From Podarcis erhardii (Eukaryota): a DNA stretch of 64,000 bases. The notes below the pieces were generated by a model that saw only the letters and a list, made by a program, of their open reading frames with translations, was not told where the DNA came from and did not search any database. Positions 1-12,991 of the stretch are shown in pieces. Location: NCBI GenBank assembly GCA_964252035.1, contig OZ176202.1. One strand, given 5' to 3'. Numbering within the stretch: the stretch's first letter is position 1; every line of letters begins with the position of its first letter. Made by a program: the position numbers and the translations under genes.

Positions 1-379
1 TGGTGATTACAGAGATGTATGGTTGCTAATGATAGTTTATGCTGCCCTGGCTCTTACAGTGCATGGATTTAAACACTGTTTTCTTTAAACAGCTGATTTA
101 GGATGTTGTGCCAGTGCTACATGCTGGTTAAAATAAATTTAGAATCAGATGGAAGCATTCCATCCACACCCTTGTATCACCCATTCATCCTTGATGTAAG
201 GTTTTTTGTTGTTGTTGGTTTTTAAATGTGACTGGTAAAACTAGCTTCTTCTTCCAAAATCAGTTCTGGACAATCAGGTCTTAACTCTCAAGGCTGACTT
301 TCTACTGACTAGCAGGAGGTCAGATTAGGATCTGTTAACAACCCTGTGCATTTCACAATAACTTGGTTTCATTTTCTCT

Positions 380-787
380 TGGACCATAAAGAAGGCTGAT
401 CACTGAAGAATTGATGCTTTTGAATTATGGTGCTGGAGGAGACTCTTGAGAGTCCCATGGACTGCAAGAAGATCAAACGTATCCATTCTTAAGGAAATCA
501 GCCCTGAGTGCTCACTGGAAGTACAGATCCTGAAGCTGAGGCTCCAATACTTTGGCCACCTCATGAGAAGAGAAGACTCCCTAGAAAGGACCCTGATGTT
601 GGGAATAATTGAGGGCACAAGGAGAAGGGGACGACAGAGGATGAGATGGTTGGGCAGTGTTCTCGAAGCTACTAATATGAGTTTGACCAAACTGCGGGAG
701 GCAGTGGAAGACAGGAGTGCTTGGCATGCTCTGGTCCATGGGGTCACGAAGAGTAGGACACGACTAAACGACTAAACAACAACAACA
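380..787 (+). mobile_element. BovB-like RTE LINE, 5'-truncated 3' fragment
   Basis: Encodes IDAFELWCWRR and QILKLRLQYFGHLMRREDSLERTLMLG...RRRGRQRMRW, typical of the BovB RT C-terminus; ends in a GACTAAAC-(AAC)n tail. Confidence 0.9.
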
Positions 788-1265
788 GGCTAACTTGTGC
801 TCTTGACAAGGAGCTCTATGGGCACACACACCCTGTCCCTTGCGCCTTTGGCAAGGAGTTGTTTTGCCCCTGCCCCATTCCTTGCCCCCCTGGCAAGGAG
901 AGGTATTGGCGCCTCTGAGGCCAGGAGAGACCATAGACCAGAAAGTCTGCTTTTCATTGACTGGGGAGGGGGCCCCACAGGGCTGCCATGACAGCCCACG
1001 CCAGAAACTGGATTTGTCTGTTGAGTTGACTAGAGGAGCAGCGGCAATGGAGGAGCGGCCTGGGGAGTGTGCAAACAGGCAGATTGACTCCTGGCCACTC
1101 CAGGCCAGAGTGGAGAGGTGTAATTCCCCCTACACAGCCTTGGGCCTGTGCCCTTGGCAGGAACCAACCTGACCAACCCCTAAGTATGCCGCTGCTTGTA
1201 TGCACACCACAGTATGACTGTTCAGTGGTGTAAGTCTTTTAAGAGTCCCACTATAGTGAAAAATA

Positions 1266-1617
1266 GGGATGCGGGTGGCATTGTGGGTTAAACCACAGAG
1301 CCTAGGATTTGCCGACCAGAAGGTCGGCGGTTCGAATCCCCGCGACGGGGTGAGCTCCCGTTGCTCGGTCCCTTCTCCTGCCAACCTAGCAGTTCGAAAG
1401 CACATCAAAGTGCAAGTAGATAAATAGGTACCGCTCTGGCGGAAAGGTAAACAACGTTTCCATACGCTGCTCTGTTTCGCCAGAAGCGACTTAGTCACGC
1501 TGGCCGCATGACCTGGAAGCTGTACGCCGGCTCCCTCGGCCAATAAAGCGAGATGAGCGCTGCAACCCCAGAGTCGGCCACGACTGGACCTAATGGTCAG
1601 GGATCCCTTTACCTTTT
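1266..1617 (+). mobile_element. Sauria-type tRNA-derived SINE, full length
   Basis: B-box GGTTCGAATCC, characteristic body and CTTTACCTTT tail; 14-bp TSD TATAGTGAAAAATA at 1252-1265 and 1618-1631. Confidence 0.9.
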
Positions 1618-2959
1618 TATAGTGAAAAATACATCTTATGCAGGGAAGCAAAGGAGAAATGGTATAATCCGGCAAGCTTTCATCTTCTTTCTTTTTATTC
1701 ATCTGTGCTTTGGGGGACACTAGGCAGTACTGGACATATCAGCTTACTGCTGATGGGCATGTTATAAGGACCCCGCGCATTACATAGAAAGGGAAGTGTA
1801 GGCAGGGCTTGGCTCAGTCAACAGATGTGTTCACACAGTCAAGATATACATGAGCTTCAACACAGTTGATTTGCTCCTCCCTTCATCTGAGCAGTGGAGC
1901 AAAGAGAGGAACCACAGTCAACATTCGAACCAGAAAACTATAGTTAAAGGCTTTCAAACTACCCCGAGTATGAAACCCCTGGTTTGGATATAATGGGAAG
2001 CTTTACTTATTTATTTTATTTATATACCGCCTTATACCCGGAGGTCTCAGGTTATAGCTTCCAGTCTTGTGCACTTTCTCATGGGACGAGAGGAGAAAAT
2101 GGGATTTCTGTGGCTGAATGAAGCTTGTACATATCTCAGCATATTAAGGCAAGATGTGATCATATGAAAGTGGCCAATGGCTCTATGTATGTGCCCTTTT
2201 CCATAGTGGGGTCCTTTCCTCCTGGATTCATCTGTCTCATTCTCTATGGCAACATTGTCACTTCCATTTAACGTCTTCCAAGCCCTGTCCTTGCTGCCCT
2301 TTCAAGAACAGCACCTGGACATATTTCCCATCTATCCAAAGGATGAAAAAGCAAGAGAAACTGTAATTTACAGGAAAGGTTAGAGGCAAGAACTATCATG
2401 CTTAGACCTGAGTCAGGAAGCATCAATGGAACTGTGCTGGAACTCTTAAAGACCTTTGTTTTCTCCTTGTTAACTCCATCAAGCACCTATGCTCAATATA
2501 GGTTAAAGGGTAGAGGACAAAATGAACCATTGTTCTTATTTAGGTCACCCCAGACGTTACATGGAAGCTACCTTATCACTACCCTTGCAATTCTGCAAAT
2601 AAATGCTTTAAGCCCACTTGCCATGGTGATAAACTGCTTAGTTAAGAGAACTTAAAACTCAACATTTTTCTGGTCTTTTACCTTTGATATCCCAGGGTTG
2701 AAATGCACCTGCCAACAATTTAGAGCCCAAGTCTAAAAATGTTAGGTTTACTTCCAAATATAAATCCAAAAATGTACATTACTAAAAACATCACTAAATA
2801 GTAGCACTGTCAACCAATGAAAGATGTCTTAGTTGCATATTGGGGTGGGTGGGTGGCGTTAGGGGAGGGGTAGTACCTCTGGTGGGGGACACATTGTGCG
2901 CCTTCTGGGGTAGTTTGTCCAGCTTTGGTCCCCACTCTGCACTCAGTTCTCATCTGTGG

Positions 2960-3540
2960 CTCCTAGAAGCTGTTGACATGAGGCAGCTGCCACACCATGG
3001 GAAAGGCTTCAACTGGCTGACTACACCAGGTGAGGGTAGCCAATGGGTCTCAAACCCTCAGAAAGGTAGGGAATACTTCCTGCATGCAAAGACAAGCTCT
3101 GGTGGACTGAGCAGATGAGACCAATAATGGGTCCAATGGTCAGGAAGGTGTTTTTTTCACATGCTGTAGAGGGAAGTGAGGAGCAGATGGGGCTCGTCAA
3201 CCTAGTAAAGTAGCCCATCTAGGAGAACAATGATCCTAAACTTCCGCTGCCTTGAGGGATCTTTTCAGGAGAAGGAAAGGAGGAGTAAACCCTACACAAA
3301 TCCAGAGGGGAGTCCCTAAAACAGTTGGATGGTGCCTTGTATGTCTCCTTCTGGCAACTCCTGCAGTCAAGCTGGCACCAAACATATTGCTCTGCTTTCC
3401 TTTGGACAATATCAGCAAGGCCAAGAGGGGGCTCTTGTCATCTGGGTAGTCCAGGACTTCCATATACACCACCCAGGCTTATACTTTGGTGTTACTAACG
3501 CAGCAGTTTGACTTCATCCCAGAGATGTACTCCATGATCT
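2960..3540 (+). mobile_element. Degenerate repeat, possibly an RTE-type LINE 5' remnant
   Basis: Resembles a squamate interspersed repeat (GATCCTAAACTTCCGCTGCCTTG...GGAGTAAACCCTA); recognised from memory only, boundaries approximate. Confidence 0.3.
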
Positions 3541-3785
3541 TTCAAGACAGATGGATGCCGGCAACAAGTTGCATAGTCACGTTTAAACAAATTATTTTAA
3601 ATTAAACACATTAATATTATCAAAATGACAGCGCAAGTGCCTTTTGGAATACTGAAATTGTTGTACTATTTAACAAAGGGTATCCTTAACTGCTGGAGGG
3701 GGGGAACCATATTTTAAATATTTTCTTTTTTATTCCCTATTACAAAGCATAATGAACCAAACCAATCAAAAACAATAAACACACC

Positions 3786-4548
3786 TGTCAGAGCTGCCCC
3801 TAGGTCCCAGCTCACAGAGGACCAACGCCAGGCTGTCGTTATGTACAAAAGTCTTTATTGAAGTTCAGTTTCCATTTCAAAGCCGCAGCGCGTAGCTCTA
3901 CGTCTTAAACCCTAGACCGGCGAAGCTCTGTCTGAATCTCCTCCCCTTCCACACCAGTTTAAGACTCTAGCCTTGCTCCACCTCTTCCTTAACTCCTTCC
4001 TCCTCTGGGCCCTCCTGCCCGCTGGGGTTTCACCTTTTCTGGACTCTTCTGACGCTGACTCCCCTGATTCTTGCCCCTCCCTCCGGCGGGCTTTAGGACC
4101 TGGTTCCCTATCCGGGCTACCTGCTGTGCCGCTCGCCTGTACATTTGAACTTGGCGCGCGCGCCCAGCCGGCAACCTTCCTCTTGACCGTTCCCTCGCTC
4201 TCCGATGGAGGCGTGGTCAACCCTAACTCATCTTCTCTCCCTCCTGGAGGAGACGCTGTCCCTGATACCTGGGATTCTCCCCCCCCACTGCGCTCTGGTG
4301 GGGAAGCTGGTCCTGATCTCCAGCCGCTGCTCTGGGAGTCCCCGCTGGCCCCTTGCTTCTGGCGCGTCCCCCCTGGGACCCCCCTTGCCCTGGCCATCGG
4401 CGCCTCCCTCTGGGAATCTTCTGATTCGCTGGAGAGGCTCATGGAATCTCTCGGGCTACTGTCATCTTCTCCTACGCTGCCCTCGGATTGCTGCCCCTCG
4501 CTCTCCATCTCCTCCCTTCCCTGTGCTCCCGCTCTTGAGTCCCTGACA
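3786..4548 (-). mobile_element. Solo LTR (763 bp) of an LTR retrotransposon or ERV
   Basis: TGTCAG...CTGACA inverted termini (TG..CA); 5-bp TSD ACACC at 3781-3785 and 4549-4553; AATAAA on the minus strand at 3854-3859. Confidence 0.85.
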
Positions 4549-6566
4549 ACACCCTTTCAGCTTCCAACAATTAATTAACTAGGATGGTGTACACACTATA
4601 CCTTTGAAGCACATTCGAAGCAACTTATTTCCACTCAAAGAATTCTAGGCACTGTAGTCAACCCCACACAGTTACAACTCAAAGCAACTCTTAACAAAAT
4701 ACAATGCTCATAATTCTTTGAGGGGGGAAATATACTTTAAATGTGCTTTAAATGCATAATTTGTACACAGTCACCAGCCGCAAATTCTTAACCTAGCAAT
4801 TAAAGACTGTAGACCTAATAAATGTTATCCCCATGGATTCAGAAATGGTAGTCTGTAAGGAAAAGGCAATAACAATAGTCATAATGATGCCACGGGTCAT
4901 TTCAGCTGAACTATATTTGCAGCACCTGCTCATTTTCCAAATGGCAAACTAATAACTACAGTCTCTGCAGGGCATTTCATATATTATGGTACCCACATGA
5001 AGGCTGTAGGGACATTGTTCCCCCATGATGGTTCTCCATTCAGCACCTGCAACATCTGGTTGAAATCTGGTTTCCACATGCTATTACTAATTTACAGCAC
5101 TGTGCCAACAACATCTGCTCAAAGGCATGTCATATTGAATTCAATGGGGTTTACATCTGGATTATTAGAGTTAAGATTGCAGCCTTAGTCTGGAATTGCT
5201 AAACTTTATCCACTCGTTTTTTGGTTTTTTAAAATGTGAATCCCCTGAAGGAACAGGAACTACCTAACTACTTAAGGGCAATAAGGAGCAACTCATCCGT
5301 ATTTGTACATTTCTACTCCACTCTTCAACCCCAAAGTGGTTGCCATAGTAACTGGCAATAGCTAAAAGGGAATGATTAAACAAGACAATGCATAAAACTC
5401 ATGGATAATATTTAAAACAGCACAGCATATATTAAACAGAATAAAACAAGACCAGAATTAAAATCAAGAAGCCCTCAAATTCACCTGGCATCACATGAAT
5501 ATTAAAGATGGTACTAGAAGAATCTTCCTGGGAGAGAGCATGCCAAGGATCAGTAATCCTGCAGTAATGTTGAACAGGAAGCAATTGGAGGCAGAAGGTG
5601 GAAGTTTCTAATTAAAATTGCAGAGGATTTTGTTTAAATATCACTTTTATTGAACTGAAGCATTATAGAAGCATCTTGGCCATGGCGATGGCTCTTTCAG
5701 GTTTTATTAATATCTGTTTGGAACAATAATTTAAATTGTGGAAAATCACTGGTTATAAAATAAATTCTACCTGCGGGAAGTCCCTCTAAGGTGGCACCAG
5801 CATCACTTCCTTCTGCAAAACTATTATGTAGGCTGTCTACGTGAATCATGTGGAAATCTGTTTTTACAACTGGTTTGACACCCAAAAAATCCCAGTTTAT
5901 TTTTAAAGTGCCAGAAATCTTTTTGTTAAGGTATAAGACACACATGTGAGCCACTATGAAGAGGTGGGATTTTTTTATACGGCATCAATTCCACTGAATT
6001 AATAAATATCAGTTATGCCACTGCCTTTAATGAGAAAAGTAGATTGTGGGGAAAATATGGCAGTGAAAAGAAGACAATGAGTTTTTAGGAACCTGTGTTA
6101 AGGAAAACTGAAAAGTGGGGGAGAATTTCTCACCGTGCTCTGTGTCTGAACTGAACCTTATTTAATTCAATATTTGACCTTTTAAATATAGCTGATCCTT
6201 CTCCCACCCAAAGTTTACAGTCCTTAGTTCAAGCCCTGTAAAGTTTGCAGAAACCCCTTTCTACTGATTTTCATCTGAATTATAAAGAAAAAGCAGACCC
6301 GCCTCTCCCTGCTACTCTCATGTAAATAGATAGTATGAGCAATATGTTTGTAATCAGATTAGCCACTACAATTACCTTGGGCTAATGCTACCTTCCCCTT
6401 TTGAAACTTTAAATATCCCATGGAAGGCACATAGGCCCAATGATGCAGGGAGCTAATTCATCTTAATCCAGTAGATGCTCCAGTAAGGTAGGGAATTCTC
6501 CTTTTGTGACACCCTTTTCACATAAAATATGTAGCGACACCTGAAATAAATGATGAGTGTGTAGCA

Positions 6567-6580
6567 TTGTATTATTATTA

Positions 6581-6622
<42 letters not shown>

Positions 6623-7050
6623 TCAATTTAGATACCACCCTTTATCAAAAGACCCCAGGGCGGTGTACAACAACATTAAAAACACATTACAATAATAGAA
6701 TGACATTAAAAACAATAATAAAAACATAATAAAACAGCACACTAACAGGCAGACAAATAATAAAATAGTTATTACAATCTTTAGCCCTCTACTTCCACAG
6801 GCCATAGATTATTTAATAGCCATAGGCCAGGGTAAAGAGGAATATTTTTTCCTGGTGCCTAAAGACGTGTAATGATGGCGCCAGGCGAGCCTTTCTGGGA
6901 GAGTATTCCACAGTTGGGAAGCCACCACAGAAAAGGCCTGTTCTCATGTTGCCACCCTTCGAACCTCTCTTGGATGAGGGACATAGAGAAGGGCCTCAGC
7001 TGGCAATACAGGAAATAAGGCTCAGCTATCTTGGGTACTGAAATCCTCCT
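6567..7050 (-). mobile_element. L2-type LINE 3' fragment with (AAT)n tail
   Basis: (TTA)n tract at about 6567-6622 followed by a typical inverted L2 3' end (ATACCACCC...GCGGTGTACA) and degenerate coding remnant. Confidence 0.6.
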
Positions 7051-7059
7051 CAACACCAT

Positions 7060-7285
7060 CAGAAATAGTTTTCAAAGCTTCACACTAAATGAGTGTCAGA
7101 CCAGGGTCTGGAAGACCAGGGTACAAATCTTCACTCAGTCATGAAACTCAGAGGGTGACTTTGGGCCAATCGCTCTCTCTCAACCTAACCCACCTCACAG
7201 GGCTGTCATGAGGAAAAAATGAGGGGAGAACTGTGTAAGTCACCTTGAGATTCTTGGAGGAAAGGTGGGATAGAAATGTACTAGA
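7060..7285 (+). mobile_element. CORE/MIR-like SINE
   Basis: GGTGACTTTGGGCCAATCGCTCTCTCTCAACCTAACCCACCTCACAGGG core-like segment; boundaries approximate. Confidence 0.55.
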
Positions 7286-8416
7286 GAAAGAAAGTAAATG
7301 AATGTTAACCAGGTACAGTTTTACAGGGCATTCGGCTCCCATCCAATCACATTCACAGTGTGATGATCAAATGTAGTTGAAGAACTTTAGGAATTCATTT
7401 GGCTTTTGGGGGCATGATAGGAAGATAGCACTGTTAATGAGAGAATAATTGTATTCTGAACCCATGAAAACACAAAGCCGTATTTGTGGCAAGTTCCACA
7501 AACAAGAGCATTGTTTGCTACAGAGGGATTTCTGACCTATGCTTTATTTGAACTGGAGGTGGCTTGTTGCACCTTTTGTTTATGTAAAAACAAACTCTGG
7601 CAGCTTCTGGTGGAAGGTGAACTTGCAAGGCTAGTGCAAGAGTCTCCACAAATTATATGTCTCGTGAGGGTTTTTAATGGGAGCATCAACACAGAGTACC
7701 ACAAGGTTCATACCTTGCTTCAGCTTGCTGACACTGATATGCTGTGTCTGAAATCCAGGTTTGTAATGCATGTTGTTCTCAAGGAAGAGCTTGTTTGTAT
7801 GGATCTCCTGGTTGTTTTGAATATGATCTTGCCAACTACTTACTGCACCCAACATTATTCATGTATAATAGTATGGTAATTTTGAAAGTTTAACTAATCA
7901 TTTAAGTTCTGTCATGCAGGAATGGATAGACAGTGTAAAACCATTTTTTTAAACCCAAAACAACAAAACCTTCCAGGTATAACAAGCTTTTTAGAAGTTA
8001 GTACAACAGTGCAATCCAATCCATGCCTACTCAGAAGTAAGTCCTTTGGGATTTGATGAGATTTACACCCAGGTAAGTGGCAATTTTGAATTAGGCTGAA
8101 TTCTAATGTCATTTCCAAATATGTATCTTTTTAATGTTTTATAGGTTACAAACTACTTACAGTCGAATATTTAAGTGTGTTGTTGTGTAAAATGTTTTGT
8201 ATCTATTTTTGCTTGAGAACTTTCTTCCCATTAGCTTCTGTAGGAGTAGGAAAGGTTTTTAAGATTTGTTTTATTGGAAAATCTCACTCTTTCATTTCTA
8301 CGTTGTATATAATGTTAGAATTTCTAAATTCCTTATTAAGAACCTTAATATACAACCTGAACAGAATTAGTACACCTTCATCTTGAAGCAGTAGGAAGAG
8401 CCTCTCTTATGGATTA

Positions 8417-8658
8417 CAGTGGTACCTTGGGTTAAGAACTTAATTCGCTCCGGAGGTCCGTTCTTAACCTGAAACTGTTCTTAACCTGAAGCACCACTTT
8501 AGCTAATGGGGCCTCCCGCTGCCGCCGTGCCGCCAGAACACGATTTCTGTTCTCATCCTGAAGCAAAGTTCTTAACCCGAGGTACTATTTCTGGGTTAGC
8601 AGAGTCTGTAACCTGAAGCGTATGTAACCTGAAGCGTATGTAACCTGAGGTACCACTG
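8417..8658 (+). mobile_element. Tc1/mariner-type MITE
   Basis: TIRs CAGTGGTACCT.. / ..AGGTACCACTG, TA TSD on both sides, internal repeats of TTCTTAACCTGAA and GTAACCTGAAGC. Confidence 0.9.
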
Positions 8659-9339
8659 TATTAGTCTTTAGAGTTAAACCTGTTAAACAACAGGAAATAA
8701 GGCATGAGTCAATGGGCATATCCTGGTCTTAAAAAGATAGCCAGGCCAGTTTTGCTTCAGACAAACTTTTCCCAAGCTGGGGCCCTTCAGGTGTTGTGCT
8801 GACTAGGTATGATGGGAGTTGTAGTCCAGAATATTTAGAGAGTGCATGGTTGGGAAAGATGAATTAATGTAGCATAGGCCTCTTGATATATATCTGTTAC
8901 TCATGATGGCAATATGCAGTCTCCAAGCTCAGAAGCAGAATGTCATGGTGAGGAGCACAGTGCTAGACTAGATATACCAGAGGTGGACTCCAGCTTCCAT
9001 CATCCTTGACCATTGATCATGTTGGTCAGAGCTAATGGGAGTTGTAGTCCAGCAACAACTGGATTGGCACAGGATCCTTGAGATCCTTCGGGGCTCTTTT
9101 CAATTTTGTCACAGGTCTACTCACTTACGTGGCAAAAGTACCTCACTGTCAGCTCGTTCATTCTATTGCATGCGGCAATTAAGAAGATTGTGCCTTGTAA
9201 AGTCAAGGGAGGGAAGTAAATGCAACATCTCCCTGGGTTATTCCTTAAGTTTTTCCTGCAGTGAACGAGGAATGAGCATGCAAGCACACAGTAGGACGCC
9301 CATTTCCAATCACATGAGCACAATGACTATGCTCTACCT

Positions 9340-9475
9340 CAGGCTTCCTCAACCACGGCCCTCCAGACATTTTTGGCCTACAACTCCCATGATCCCTAGC
9401 TAGCAGGAGCAGTGGTCGGGGAGGATGGGAATTGTAGTCTCAAAACATCTGGAGGGCCGAGGTTGAGGAAGCCTG
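9340..9475. mobile_element. hAT-type palindromic MITE
   Basis: TIR CAGGCTTCCTCAACC / GGTTGAGGAAGCCTG; 8-bp TSD CTCTACCT / CTCTGCCT. Confidence 0.85.
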
Positions 9476-9489
9476 CTCTGCCTCCACTG

Positions 9490-9630
9490 TTGAAGGCAGC
9501 TGCTGTGGAGGGAATGCTGCTGCAGTCAGGTCCTGCATTCAAGCTTCCCAGGCATCTGTAAGAACAGGATCCTGGACTAGATGGGCCATTGGCCTCATCT
9601 AGCAGGCTCTTCTTATGTCTTTATGTTCTA
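9490..9630 (+). mobile_element. CR1-type LINE 3' tail remnant
   Basis: GGACTAGATGGGCCATTGGCCTCATCTAGCAGGCTCTTCTTATGTCTTATG-type end; a similar remnant lies at about 23790-23985. Confidence 0.55.
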
Positions 9631-10369
9631 TTCCATTTGCGTTCCCTTTAAATATATAGAAATGCACTACAAATTGCTAGGATCCTCTATTGACCTTTAT
9701 TTTTATTGTTCTTATTCATTAACTGTATTGTTATGGAAAAAGATACAAAAACCAATAAATGGTATACATTTTAAAATTGCAGGAGTGGTTGTAACTGCAA
9801 AAGCCCTACACAATTTTAAAAAGCAAGGGATTCTTTGTGTTTCTATATAATGATTGTTTTATATGATATCTGATCCAAATTAAATCTAAAGATTCTGATT
9901 TTAAGAATGGGGATGGGCAAATGCTGGAGAGATTATGAAGTGTCACAAACCTTATCAGTAGGAACAAGCAATAATTGTTTTTCAAAACAGCTAGATAATC
10001 CACTGCAAATAATTATAGTTCAAAGGATACTATTTGATAGATTATATCAGTTCTGCCCTATTTCAACTCCCAGGTCAAATTTTATGGACTGTCTCTGCAG
10101 CAGTCATTATAGAGGGAGGGAAATCCAGCACTGTTGATTACAGTATCTGTAAGAATTTCTTGTTTTCCATTAGAATTTCCATTAGAATAACCACTGATAA
10201 AAATGCCTCTCTTATATCTAAAACTGAAAATGACACCATTGTTACTCTGTAGCCTTAGCTCCTTTCATCTCTAGATCCTAAAGGTGTTTTATTTTTTTTT
10301 TTGTCATTGGAGCCCGAAGCCATTTCTTTGCAATGCTAAGTAAAATGTGTAATCAAATTAACAAACTTT

Positions 10370-10677
10370 CCTTGCCCAAACCCTCCATTGTTTCCAGAAC
10401 TACTTCTTTGACAATCACTCGTAGCCGAGTAAGATTGTCTTCCATAAACCCGGTTTTAACAATGAGTCCATAAGTGACTGTGGATGCCAATTCTGGACCC
10501 ACACCTCCTTCCACAGTGGGGACATTGGTTCCTGGGTGGGAGTTGATCACAGTGTGGATTTGCCAAGCGTGCCTTCCTCTTAGCACGTTTCTCCCTTGCG
10601 TTCTGAGTTCGAGTGTCTTCAAAGCCCATGACACGTTTGGTATAGGCTGTTCTCCAAGTGGAGTGCTCACAGACCAA
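10370..10677 (-). mobile_element. RTE-clade LINE 3' fragment with C2H2 zinc finger
   Basis: Translation ...REKRAKRKAR...NQCPHCGRRCGSRIGIHSHLWTH, typical of the RTE ORF C-terminus. Confidence 0.75.
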
Positions 10678-11183
10678 TGTTTCCCGGTTGTCGGTGTTTA
10701 TACTACATTTTTAAAGATACTACATGTTTATACTACATTTTTAAAGATACATTTTTAAAATACCAAAAGCACTTCATATATAGTATATGTCCTTAATTAT
10801 TACCTCTCTGTAGCAGAGAATACTGGAATTAAATGTGATTTGATTTCCCAAAGTTTTGTTGTTGGGGGAGAGGAAGAAGCTGTGTGGGATGCAGCATTGG
10901 GTGAAAATGTATCTCCTCACTCCCCTATGCTTACAGTCCTGGTACATTTTTTAAAAAAGCAAAACAAATGAAGTCTTCCTTAACCCCTCCCTTTCACTTT
11001 CCTTGTGCAATGGGACCAATTCTTTGGAAATGCACTTAATGACAACCAGAAGTTTGATTTTGTTCCAAGTGATTATGCAATCTGGGGACTTCCCATAGCA
11101 TTCTGCTACTGACTTGTCTGCCACCATATTTTGACCCATTTCCTCTTTGTTGGTTAAGGATGGTAGTGTGTGTCCCCCTAAAG

Positions 11184-11319
11184 CAGGCATGGCCAAACTA
11201 GGCTCTCCAGATGTTTTGGGACTACAACTCCCATCATCCCTAGCTAACAGGACCAGTGGTCAGGGATGATGGGAATTGTAGTCCCCAAACATCTGGAGGG
11301 CAAAGTTTGGCCATGCCTG
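11184..11319. mobile_element. hAT-type palindromic MITE
   Basis: TIR CAGGCATGGCCAAACT / AGTTTGGCCATGCCTG; perfect 8-bp TSD CCCTAAAG at 11176-11183 and 11320-11327. Confidence 0.9.
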
Positions 11320-12814
11320 CCCTAAAGCAATGCTCAAAGTAAGGTGGAATGATATTCCACTTTCTCAGATGAACTAAAAACCATCCCACTTCTTTTACAT
11401 AGATAACTATGCCTCTCCTAATCTGAAACCAACCTATCCCACATGTTTTCTCTTTACACTTTGAGCCCTGCAGCCACTTCCTGTTATGGATCAGAGCCAA
11501 CACAAATATAAGACAGAAAATCAGGTCCTAGTAATCTTTTCTAATAGCAGTGTGATCAGAAAATGTTGACTGATGCAACTTCAGGGTGAGAGTTAAGCAA
11601 ATAAATACTTTTTAAAAAGTCATATCTCAATATAGTGCTAATTTATATGAATAAAGCATTAAGAAGGGTGCAAATGACTATATAGGCATAAGCAGATAAA
11701 ACCTGCATATTGGATTTTAAACCAGGACATACCTGGTTTATAATCACGAAACTCGAAAGGGTTTGTCTTAATAGGTGCGGCTGATGCGCAAACAGGTAGG
11801 TCAATATGTTTCCTGTAAACAGCTACAGGTTCCACTGCACCTTCTTTTCTGTAATGCCAAACACGTTTTCCTACAATCAGATTCTATCTGTAATATGGAT
11901 GCCTGCCTGGAGGTTGTAAAAGGATCTCAGAGGTAACCCAACAAACACATTTCTAAAGACGATTTGAGGTGCTTTCTGATCTGAAGATGTTGAAATGCAA
12001 AATGACTTTGGTCTCATGTTCACAGAACTGCAGTTATTCTGGCCTGATATCAATAGAAGTGTATTTTAAAAGAAATTCTCTGGCACTGAATAGCATCTTG
12101 GGGGTGATGCTGTGGGTGGATTTGGAAAACTCTTTCTTCTTTTAAATGTGAACAAAATTTCTCTAGCTTGTGGAAGCACTTTTGTACCCACCCCCACCCC
12201 CCGTTCCCCAAATTAACAACGTGCAGTTTATCCATCAGTTTTGTTTATTTAAGTATTTTTAATGCCACCTTTCAGTTCTGTGGCAAAATCCCTTTCAAAG
12301 TCTATTCCTCGTCTACATTTTGTTGATCGTTTTGGAAACGAAACGTTATCCTCTGTTGAATCCTAAACTGAGTATCAGACTTTCTCTCCCTCCTAGTTTT
12401 ATTCTTATGGGAACTTCAGGAATAACCACCATTGTTTGCAATCAATATGCATTTAACACAGAGTAAAGTAAGGAATGAAAGGCAGGGAGTGATGGGATGA
12501 TTGTTGCATTGGCAAAGGTCACTGTGGAGCAGGTGTGGGGACCCTTTGCCACTAGGCATACGGTACTTTCTGGGGTTGATGGGAATTGTTGTGCAGCAGT
12601 ATCTGAAGAGCCAAAAGTTCCCAGTACCTGCTCTATAGCAATAGTTCTCAACCTTTTCAGACGAAGGACCCACTTGTAGTCCAGACATGCATCTAAGAAT
12701 CCATTTTTCAGTTTTACACTATATATTTGTAATTGAGAGACCCACACCTTAGGTCCGGCCACCTAAATCCACTAGTGGATGCAGATGCACCAGATGAAGA
12801 CCAATGCTCTTGAG

Positions 12815-12991
12815 CATAGCTGTCAACTTTCAGATCTGAAAATAATATCAGCAGCCTCGAAAATAAGGGATCAGCAGCCTCACCTATCCTGGGGACAGTC
12901 TACGGGATATCTAACAATCCGGGATAGCAGCGGGAAACGGCGCATGAATAAGGGAATTTCCCACCAAAAAACCAGAAGGTTGACAGCTATG
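12815..12991. mobile_element. hAT-type MITE
   Basis: TIR CATAGCTGTCAAC / GTTGACAGCTATG; degenerate 8-bp TSD CTCTTGAG / CACTGGAG. Confidence 0.7.

Noticed and set aside
790-1195. GC-rich segment ending in a possible TIR (TAAGTATGCCGCTG)
   Set aside because: No matching second TIR or TSD identified; probably a truncated transposon but not supportable
7484-7879. 131-aa ORF and nearby forkhead-like motifs upstream of PTP4A1
   Set aside because: No domain similarity or exon structure; enhancer function cannot be supported from sequence alone
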